Shown in pieces: positions 46,201-56,300 of a stretch of 64,000 bases of DNA; within the stretch, counting starts at the first letter, position 1, and every line of letters begins with the position of its first letter. The position numbers were made by a program, and so were the translations under genes. The notes under the pieces were generated by a model. It saw only the letters and a program-made list of their open reading frames with translations, was not told where the DNA came from and ran no database searches. The DNA is taken from assembly GCA_964016885.1 (NCBI GenBank), contig OZ024743.1, positions 130,386,001-130,450,000 on the forward strand. Reading direction: 5' to 3'. This DNA comes from Eledone cirrhosa. Taxonomy: Eukaryota.

Positions 46201-49200
46201 AGCACCAAACACCAAGCACCAAACACCAAGCACCAAGCACCAAACACCAAACATCAAGCACCAAGCACCAAACACCAAACACCAAGCACCAAGCACCAAG
46301 CACCAAGCACCAAGCACCAAACACAAAGCACCAAGCACCAAACAGCAAACACCAAGCACCAAACACCAAACACCAAGTACCAAGCACCAAACACCAAACA
46401 CCAAGCACCAAACACCAAGCACCAAGCCCCAAGCACCAAACACCAAGCACCAAGCACCAAACACCAAGCACCAAGCACCAAGCACCATACACCAAACACC
46501 AAGCACCAAGCACCAAACAGCAAACACCAAACAGCAAACACCAAACACCAAACACCAACCGGCAAACACCAAACACCAAACACCAAACAGCAAACACCAA
46601 ACAGCAAACGCCAAACAGCAAATGCCAAACCCCAAACGCCAAACAGCAAACGCCAAGCGCCAAACACCAAACACCAAGCGCCAAGCACCAAATACCAAAC
46701 ACCAAGCACCAAGCACCAAGTACCAAACACCAAGCACCAATCACCAAACACCAAGCACCAAGTGCCAAACACCAAACACCAAACACCTAGCACCAAGTAC
46801 CAAGCACCAAACACCAAGCACCAAACACCAGGCACCAAGCACCAAGCACCAAACACCAAGCACCAAACACCAAGCACCAGACACCAAGCACCAAGCTCCA
46901 AGCACCAAGCACCAAAAACCAAGCACCAAGCTCCAAGCACCAAACACCAAGCACCAAACACCAAACACCAAGCACCAAGCACCAAACACCAAGCACCAAG
47001 CGCCAAACACCAAACACCAAGCACCAAGCACCAAATACCAAGCACCAAGCACCAAGCACCAAACACCAAACACCAAACACCAAACACCAAACACCAAGCA
47101 CCAAGCACCAAACACCAAACACCAAGCACCAAGCACCAAACACCAAACACCAAGCACCAAGCACCAAACACCAAATACCAAGCACCAAACACCAAGCACC
47201 AAGCACCAAGCACCAAACACCAAGCACCAAACACCAAGCACCAGACACCAAGCACCAAGCACCAAACACCAAGCACCAAACAACAAACACTAAGCACCAA
47301 GCACCAAACACCAAGCACCAAGCGCCAAACACCACACACCAAGCACCAAATACCAAGCACTAAACACCAAACACCAAGCACCAAGCACCAAACACCAAGC
47401 ACCAAACACCAAACAGCAAAAACCAAACACCAAACACCAAACAGCAAACAGCAAACACCAAACAGCAAACACCAAACAGCAAACACCAAACACCAAACAC
47501 CAACCAGCAAATACCAAACACCAAACACCAAACGCCAAACATTAAACGCCAAACACCAAACGCCAAACAGCAAACACCAAACACCAAATGCCAACCAGCA
47601 AGCACCAAGCACCAAACACCAAGCACCAAGCACCAAACACCAAACACCAAGCACCAAGCACCAAACACCAAACACCAAGCACCAAGCACCAAGCACCAAA
47701 CACCAAACACCAAACACCAAACAGCAAACACCAAACAGCAAACACCAAACAGCAAACACCAAATAGCAAACACCAAACAGCAAACAGCAAACACAAAACA
47801 CCAAACACCAAGCACCAAGCACCAAACACCAAGCACCAAGCAACAAGCACCAATCACCAAGCACCAAGCACTAAACACCAAACACCTAGGACCAAGCACC
47901 AAGCACCAAACACCAAGCACCATGCACCAAGCACCAAACACCAAGCACCAAAGACCAAGCACCAAATACCAAGCACCAAGCACCAAACACCAATCACCAA
48001 GTACCAAGCACCAAGTCCCAAGCACCAAACACCAAGCACCAATCACCAAACACCAAACACCAAGCACCAAGCACCAAACACCAAAAATCAAGTACCAAGC
48101 ACCAAGCACCAAACACCAAACGCCAAACACAAAATACCAAGCACCAAGCACCAAACACCAAGCACCAAGCGCCAAAGACCAAACACCAAAAACCAAGCAC
48201 AAAACACCAAGCACCAAGCACCGAGCACCAAACACCAAGTACCAAGCACCAATCACCAAACACCAAGCACCAAGCACCAAACACCAAACACCAAGCACCA
48301 AGCACCAAGCACCAAGCATCAAGCACCAAGCACCAAACACCAAGCACCAAGCACGAAGCACCAAACACAAAACAACAAGTACCAAGCACCAAACACTTAA
48401 CACCAAACACCAAGCACCAAGCACCAAACACCAAACACCAAGCACCAAGCACCAGACACCAAGCACCAAGCACCAAGCACCAGACACTAAGCACCAAGCA
48501 CCAAACACCAAGCACCAAACACCAAGCACCAAGCACCAAACACCAAACACCAAGCACCAAGCACTAAACACCAAACACCAAGCACTAAGCACCAAGCACC
48601 AAGCACCAAACACAAAGCACCAAGCACCAAACAGCAAACACCAAGCACCAAACACCCAACCCCAAGCACCAAGCACCAAGCACAAAACACCAAGAACCAA
48701 ACACCAAGCACCAAGCCCCAAGCACCAAACACCAAGCACCAAGCACCAAACACCAAGCACCAAGCACCAAGCACCATACACCAAACACCAAGCACCAAGC
48801 ACCAAACAGCAAACACCAAACAGCAAACACCAAACACCAAACACCAACCAGCAAACACCAAACACCAAACACCAAACAGCAAACACCAAACAGCAAACAC
48901 CAAACAGCAAACACCAAACAGCAAACGCCAAAAAGCAAACGCCAAACCCCAAACGCCAAACAGCAAATGCCAAAACCCAAACGCCAAACAGCAAACGCCA
49001 AGCGCCAAACACCAAACACCAAGCGCCAAGCACCAAACACCAAACACCAAGCACCAAACACCAAGTACCAAACACCAAACACCAAGCACCAAACACCAAA
49101 CAGCAAACACCAAAAAGCAAACACCAAGCCCCATACGCCAAACAGCAAATGCCAAACCCCAAACGCCAAACAGCAAACGCCAATCACCAAACACCAAACA

Positions 49201-49587
49201 CCAAGCGACAAGCACCAAACACCAAACACCAAGCACCAAGCACCAAACACCAAACACCAAGCACCAATCACCAGACACCAAACACCAAGCACCAATCACC
49301 AAACACCAAGCACCAAGCGCCAAACACTAAACACCAAACACCTAGCACCAAGCACCAAGCACCAAACACCAAGCACCAAACACCAAGCACCAAGCACCAA
49401 GCACCAAACACCAAGCACCAAACACCAAGCACCAGACACCAAGCACCAAGCACCAAGCACCAAGCACCAAAAACCAAGCACCAAGCTCCAAGCACCAAAC
49501 GCCAAGCACCAAACACCAAGCAGCACCAAGCACCAAACACCAAGCACCAAGCGCCAAACACCAAACACCAAGCACCAAGCACCAAAT

Positions 49588-49627
49588 ACCAAGCACCAAG
49601 CACCAAGCTTGGTGCTTGGTGCTTGGT
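49588..49627. other. Array inversion point: spacer-less 40-bp perfect palindrome centred on AAGCTT (49605-49610)
   Basis: ACCAAG CACCAAG CACCAAG | CTTGGTG CTTGGTG CTTGGT. The axis lies between 49607 and 49608. The first non-complementary pairs are T49587/G49628 and A49586/C49629. Confidence 0.98.
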
Positions 49628-50679
49628 GCTTGGTGTTTGGTGCTTGGTGCTTGGTGCTTGGTGTTTGGTGCTTGGTGCTTGGTGCTTGCTCTTTGGTGGT
49701 TGCTGTTTGGTGCTTGGTGTTTGGTGCTTGGTGCTTGGTGCTGGGTGGTTGGTGTTTGGTGCTTGGTGCTTGGTGTTTGGTGCTTGGTGCTTGGTGCTTG
49801 TTGTTTGGTGCTTGGTGCTTGGTCTTTGGTGCCTGGTGTTTGGTGTTTGGTGATTGGTGCTTGGTGCTTGGTGCTTGGTGTTTGGTGCTTGGTGCTTGGT
49901 GATTAGTGTTTGGTGCTTGGTGCTTGGGGTTTGGTGTTTTGTGCTTAGTGCTTGGTGTTTGGTGTTTGGTGTTTGCTGTTTGGTGTCTGCTTTTCGGTAT
50001 TTGGTGTTTGCTGTATGGTGTTTGCTGTTTCGTATTTGGTGTTTGCTGTTTGGTGTTTGGTGTTTGGTGTTTGGTGCTTGGTGTTTGGTGCCTGGTGCTT
50101 GGTGCTTGGTGTTTGGTGTTTGGTGTTTGGTACTTGGTGCTTGGTGTTTGGTGTTTGGTGCTTGGTGTCTGGTGTTTGGTGCTTGGTGTTTGGTGTTTGG
50201 TGCTTGGTGCTTGGTGTTGGTGTTTGGTGTTTGGTGCTTGGTGCTTGGTGTTTTGTGTTTGGTGCTTAGTGCTTGGTGTTTGGTGTTTGGTGCTTGGTGT
50301 TTGGTGTTTGGTGTTTGATGCTTGGTTTTTGCTGCTTGGTGCTTGGTGCTTGGTGCTTGGTGTTCTGTGTTTGGTGCTTGATGCTTGGTGCCTGGTGCTT
50401 GGTGCTTGGTGCTTGTTGTTTGGTGCTTGGTGCTTGGTGATTAGTGTTTGGTGCTTGGTGCTTGGTGTTTGGTGTTTGGTGTTTCGTGCTTGGTGTCTAG
50501 TGTTTGGGTTTTGGTGTTTGGTGCTTGGTGCTTGGTGTTTGGTGTTTGGTGCTTGGTGCTTGGTGTTTGGTGATTGGTGCTTGGTGTTTGGTGCTTGGTG
50601 CTTTGTGCTTGGTGTTTGGTGCTGGGTGCTTGGTGTTTGGTGCTTGGTGCTTGGTGTTTGGTGTTTGGTGCTTGGTACT

Positions 50680-53330
50680 TGGTGTTTGGTGTGTGATGCT
50701 TGGTGTTTGATGCTTGTTGCTTGGTGCTTGGTGTTTTGTGTTTGGTGTTTGGTGCTTTGTGTATGTACTTGGTGCTTGGTGTTTGGTGCTTGGTTCTTGG
50801 TGTTTGGTGCTTGGTGCTTGGTGCTTGGTGTTTGGTGCTTGGTGCTTGGTGTTTGGTGCTTGGTGTTTGGTGTTTGGTGCTTGGTGTTTGGTGCTTGGTG
50901 CTTGGTGCTTGGTGTTAAGTGTTTGGTGCTTGGTGCTTGGTGTTTGGTGCTTCGTGCTTGGTGCTTGGTGTTTGGTGCATGGTGCTTGGTGTTTGGGGCT
51001 TGGTGCCTGGTGCTTTGTGTTTGGTGCTAGGTGCTTGGTGCTTGGTCTTTGGTGTTTGGTGCTTGGTGCTTGGTGTTTGGTGCTAGGTGTTTGGTGCTTG
51101 GTGTTCGGTGCTTGGTGCTTGGTGCTTGGTGCTTGGTGTTAGGTGTTTGGTGCTTGGTGCTTGGTGTTTGATGTTTGGTCCTTGGTGCTTGGTGTTTGGT
51201 GTTTGGTGCTTGGTGCTTGGTGTTTCGTGTTTGGTGCTTGCTGCTTGCTGCTTGGTGTTTGGTGCTTGGTGATTGGTGCTTGGTGTTTGGTGCTTGGTGC
51301 TTGGTGTTTGGTGTTTCGTGCTATGTGCTTGGTGCTTGGTGCTTGGTGTTTGGTGCTTGGTGCTTGGTGTTTGGTGTTTGGTGCTTGATGCTTGGGGCCT
51401 GGTGTTTGGTGCTTGGTGCTTGGTGCTTGGTGTTTGGTGCTTGGTGCTTGGTGCTTGGTGTTTGGTGTTTGGTGTTTGGTGCTTGGTGTTTTGTGCTTGG
51501 TGCTTGTTGCTGGGTGGTTGGTGTTTGGTGCTTGGTGCTTGGTGTTTGGTGCTTGGTGCTTGGTGCTTATTGTTTGGTGATTGGTGCTTGGTGCTTGGTG
51601 CTTGGTGTTTGGTGTTTGGTGTTTGGTGCTTGGTGTTTGGTGCTTGGTGCTTGGTGCTTGGTTATTAGTGTTTGGTGCTTGGTGCTTGGGGTTTGGTGTT
51701 TGGTGCTTGGTGTTTGGTGTTTGGTGTTTGCTGTATGGTGTTTGCTGTTTCGTGTTTGGTGTTTGCTGTTTGGTGTTTAATGCTTGGTGCTTGGTGCTTG
51801 GTGTTTGGTGCTTGGTGTTTGGTGTTTGGCGTTTGCTGTTTGCTGTTTGTTGTTTGGTGCTTGCTGTTTGGTGCTTGGTGCTTGGTGCTTGGTGTTTGGT
51901 GGTTGGTGCTTGGTGATTAGTGTTTGGTGCTTGATGCTTGGGGTTTGGTGTTTTGTGCTTAGTGCTTGGTGTTTGGTGTTTGCCGTTTGGTGTCTGCTTT
52001 TTGGTATTTGGTGTTTGCTGTATGGTGTTTGCTGTTTCGTATTAGGTGTTTGCTGTTTGGTGTTTGGTGTTTGGTGTTTGGTGCTTGGTGTTTGGTGCTT
52101 GGTGCTTGGTGTTTGGTGTTTGGTGCTTGGTGTTTGGTGTTTGGTGCTTGGTACTTGGTGTTTGGTGTGTGAAGCTTGGTGATTGATGCTTGTTGCTTGG
52201 TGCTTGGTGTTTGCTGTTTGGTGTTTGGTGCTTGGTGTATGTACTTGGTGCTTGGTGCTTGGGGTTTGGTGCTTGGTTCTTGGTGTTTGGTGCTTGGTGC
52301 TTGGTGCTTGGTGTTTGGTGCTTGGTGCTTGGTGTTTGGTGCTTGGTGTTTGGTGTTTGGTGCTTGGTGTTTGGTGCTTGGTGCCTGTTGCTTGGTGTTA
52401 AGTGTTTGGTGCTTGGTGCTTGGTGTTTGGTGCTTCGTGCTTGGTGCTTGGTGTTTGGTGCATGGTGCTTGGTGTTTGGGGCTTGGTGCCTGGTGCTTTG
52501 TGTTTGGTGCTAGGTGCTTGGTGCTTGGTCTTTGGTGTTTGGTGCTTGGTGCTTGGTGTTTGGTGCTAGGTGTTTGGTGCTTGGTGTTCGGTGCTTGGTG
52601 CTTGGTGCTTGGTGCTTGGTGTTAGGTGTTTGGTGCTTGGTGCTTGGTGTTTGATGTTTGGTCCTTGGTGCTTGGTGTTTGGTGTTTGGTGCTTGGTGCT
52701 TGGTGTTTCGTGTTTGGTGCTTGCTGCTTGCTGCTTGGTGTTTGGTGCTTGGTGATTGGTGCTTGGTGCTTGGTGCTTGGTGCTTGGTGTTTGGTGCTTG
52801 GTGCTTGGTGTTTGGTGTTTGGTGCTTGGCGCTTGGGGCTTGGTGTTTGGTGCTTGGTGTTTGGTGCTTGGTGTTTGGTGCTTGGTGCTTGGTGCTTGGT
52901 GTTTGGTGTTTGGTGTTTGGTGCTTGGTGTTTTGTGCTTGGTGCTTGTTGCTGGGTGGTTGGTGTTTGGTGCTTGTTGCTTGGTGTTTGGTGCTTGGTGC
53001 TTGGTGCTTATTGTTTGGTGATTGGTGCTTGGTGCTTGGTGCTTGGTGTTTGGTGCTTGGTGCTTGGTGCTTGGTGTTTGGTGCTTGGTGCTTGGTGCTT
53101 GGTTATTAGTGTTTGGTGCTTGGTGCTTGGGGTTTGGTGTTTGGTGCTTGGTGTTTGGTGTTTGGTGTTTGCTGTATGGTGTTTGCTGTTTCGTGTTTGG
53201 TGTTTGCTGTTTGGTGTTTAATGCTTGGTGCTTGGTGCTTGGTGTTTGGTGCTTGGTGCTTGGTGTTTGGAGTTTGCTGTTTGCTGTTTGGTGTTTGGTG
53301 CTTGCTGTTTGGTGCTTGGTGCTTGGTGCT
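50680..53330 (-). repeat. Right-arm tandem duplication, period ~1441-1483 bp
   Basis: ORF pairs 50700/52176 (1476), 51087/52570 and 51175/52658 (1483), and 51581/53022 and 51672/53113 (1441). Shared markers GTATGTACTT, GTTAAGTG, GCTTATTG and GTTATTAGTG. Confidence 0.85.
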
Positions 53331-56300
53331 GGTTGGTTGGTGTTTTGTGCTTGGTGCTTGGTGTTTGGTGCTTGGTGCTTGGTGCTTGTTGTTTGGTGCT
53401 TGGTGCTTGGTCTTTGGTGCTTGGTGTTTGGTGTTTGGTGCTTGGTGCTTGGTGCTTGGTGTTTGGTGCTTGGTGCTTGGTGCTTGGTGTTTGGTGGTTG
53501 GTGCTTGGTGATTAGTGTTTGGTGCTTGATGCTTGGGGTTTGGTGTTTTGTGCTTAGTGCTTGGTGTTTGGTGTTTGCTGTTTGGTGTCTGCTTTTTGGT
53601 ATTTGGTGTTTGCTGTAAGGTGTTTGCTGTTTCGTATTTGGTGTTTGCTGTTTGGTGTTTAGTGTTTGGTGTTTGGTGTTTGGTGCTTGGTGCTTGGTGC
53701 TTGGTGTTTAGTGTTTGGTGTTTGGTGCTTGGTGTTTGGTGCTTGGTGCTTGGTGCTGGGTGGTTGGTGTTTGGTGCTTGGTGCTTGGTGCTTGGTGTTT
53801 GGTGCTTGGTGCTTGGTGCTTGTTGTTTGGTGCTTGGTGCTTGGTGCTTGGTCTTTGGTGCTTGGAGTTTGGTGGTTGGTGCTTGGTGCTTGGTGTTTGG
53901 TGTTTGGTGTTTGCTGTTTGGTGTTTGCTGTTTGGTGTCTGCTTTTTGGTGTTTGGTGTTTGCTGTATGGTGTTTGCTGTTTCGTATTTGGTTTATGCTG
54001 TTTGGTGTTTGGTGTTTGTTGTTTGATGCTGCGTGCTTGGTGTTTGGTTTTTTGTGCTTTGTGCTTGGTGCTTGGTGCTTGGTGTTTGGCATTTGGTGCT
54101 TGGTGCTTGGTGTTTGGTGCTTGGTGCTTGGTGCTTGGTGTTTGGTGTTTGGTGCTTGGTGCCTGGTGCTTGTTGTTTGGTGTTTGGTGCTTAGTGCTTG
54201 GTGTTTGGTGTTTGGTGCTTGGTGCTTGGTGGCTGGTGGTTGGTGCTTGGTGTTTGGTGTTTGGTGTTTGGTGCTTGGTGCTTGGTGCCTGGTGTTTGGT
54301 GCCTGGTGCTTGGTGCTTGGTGCTTGGTGCTTGGTCTTTGCTGCTTGGGGTTTGGTGTTTGGTGCTTGGTGCTTGGTGTTTGGTGCCTGGTGCTTGGTGC
54401 TTGGTGTTTGGTGTTTAATGCTTGGTGCTTGGTGCTTGGTGTTTGGTACTTGGTGCTTGGTGCTTGGTGTTTGGTGTTTGGCATTTGCTGTTTGCTGTTT
54501 GGTGTTTGGTGCTTGCTGTTTGGTGTTTGGTGTTTGGTGTTTGGTGTTTGGTGCTTGCTGTTTGGTGTTTGGTACTTGGAGCTTGGTGATTAGTGTTTGG
54601 TGCATGGTCCTTGGTGTTTGTTGTTTGGTGTTTGGTGCTTGGTGTTTGGTGCTTGGTGCTTGCTGTTTGGTGGTTGGTGCTTGGTGTTTGGTGTTTGGTG
54701 TTTGGTGCTTGGTGCTTGGTGTTTGGTCCTTGGTGCTTGGTGCTTGGTCATTGCTGCTTGGGGTTTGGTGTTTGGTGCTTGGTGCTTGGTGCTTGGTGTT
54801 TGGTGCTTGGTGCTTGGTGCTTGGTGTTTGGTGTTTGGTGCTTGCTGCTTGGTGCTTGGTGCTTGGTGTTTGGTGATTGGTGCTTGGTGCTTGGTGTTTG
54901 GCGTTTGCTGTTTGCTGTTTGCTGTTTGGTGTTTGCTGTTTGGTGTTTGCTGTTTGGTGTTTGGTGCTTGGTGCTTGGTGGCTGGTGTTTGGTGCTTGGT
55001 GTTTGGATTTTGGTGCTTGGTGCTTGGTGCCTGGTGTTTCGTGCTTGGTGCTTGGTGCTTGGTGTTTGGTGTTTGGTGCTTGGTGTTTGGTGTTTGGTAC
55101 TTGGTGCTTGGTGCTTGGTGCTTGGTGTTTGGTGCTTGGTGCTTGGTGATTGGTGTTTGATGCTGCGTGTCTTGGTGTTTGGTGTTTGGTGCTTGGTGCT
55201 TGGTGTTTGGTGTTTGGAGCTTGGTGCCTGGTGCTTGTTGTTTGGTGCCTGGTGCTTGTTTTTTGGTGTTTGGTGTTTGGTGCTTGGTGTTTGGTGCTTG
55301 GTGCTTGGTGCTTGGTGTTTGGTGCTTGGTGCTTGGTGGTTGGTGCTTGGTGTTAGGTGTTTGGTGCTTGGTGCTTGGTGTTTGATGTTTGGTCCCTGGT
55401 GCTTGGTGTTTGGTGTTTGGTGCTTGGTGCTTGGTGTTTGGTGTTTGGTGCTTGCTGCTTGGTGCTTGGTGTTTTGTGTTTGGAGTTTAGTGTTGGTGTT
55501 TGGTGCTTCGGTCTTGGTGCTTGGTGTTTGGTGCTTGGTGCTTGGTGTTTGGTGCTTGGTGCCTGGTGCTTGGTGTTTGGTGCTTGGTGCTTGGTGTTTG
55601 GTGATTGGTGCTTGGTGTTTGGTGCTTGGTGCTTGGTGCTTGGTGCTTGGTGTTAGGTGTTTGGTGCTTGGTGCTTGGTGTTTGATGTTTGGTGCTTGGT
55701 GCTTGGTGTTTGGTGTTTGGTTCTTGGTGCTTGGTGTTTGGTGTTTGGTGCTTGCTGCTTGCTGCTTGGTGTTTGGTGCTTGGTGATTGGTGCTTGGTGT
55801 TTTGTGCTTGGTGCTTGGTGTTTGGTGCTTGGTGCTTGCTGTTTGGTGTTTGGTGCTTGGTGCGTTGGACTTAGTGTTTGGTGTTTGGTGCTTGGTGTTT
55901 GGTGCTTGGTGTTTGGGGCTTGGTGTTCGGTGCTTGGTGCTTGGTGCTTGAGGCTTGGTGTTTGGTGTTTGGTGCTTGGTGCTTGGTGTTTGATGTTGGG
56001 TCCTTGGTGCTTGGTGTTTGGTCTTTGGTGCTTGGTGTTTGGTGTTTGGTGCTTGGTGCTTGATGTTTGGTGTTTGGTGCTTGGTGCTTGGGGCTTGGTG
56101 TTTGGTGCTTGGTGCTTGGTGTTTGGTGTTTGGTGCTTGGTGCTTGGGGCTTGGTGTCTGGTGCTTGGTGCTTGGAGCTTGGTGTTTAGTGTTTGGTGTT
56201 TGGTGCTTGGTGTTTGGTGCTTGGTGCTTGGTGCTGGGTGGTTGGTGTTTGGTGCTTGGTGCTTGGTGTTTGGTGCTTGGTGCTTGGTGCTTGTTGTTTG

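Larger units (their letters stand above)
1..49607 (+). repeat. 7-bp satellite array (CACCAAG/CACCAAA)n, A/C-rich strand on top; runs off the left edge
   Basis: Continuous heptamer register CACCAAR with recurrent point variants (CAGCAAA, CACCAAT, CGCCAAG, CCCCAAG, TACCAAG, CACTAAA, CACCTAG, CTCCAAR). T is very scarce on the top strand. All three + frames translate to the same 7-aa repeat (HQAPSTK/HQTPNTK). Confidence 0.99.

Noticed and set aside
49588-49627. Fold-back (self-priming or template-complement) sequencing chimera at the inversion
   Set aside because: Such artefacts give mirror-image arms, whereas here the variant patterns differ beyond 20 bp. A ligation chimera (AluI AG^CT or HindIII ends) or an assembly mis-join is not excluded without spanning reads.
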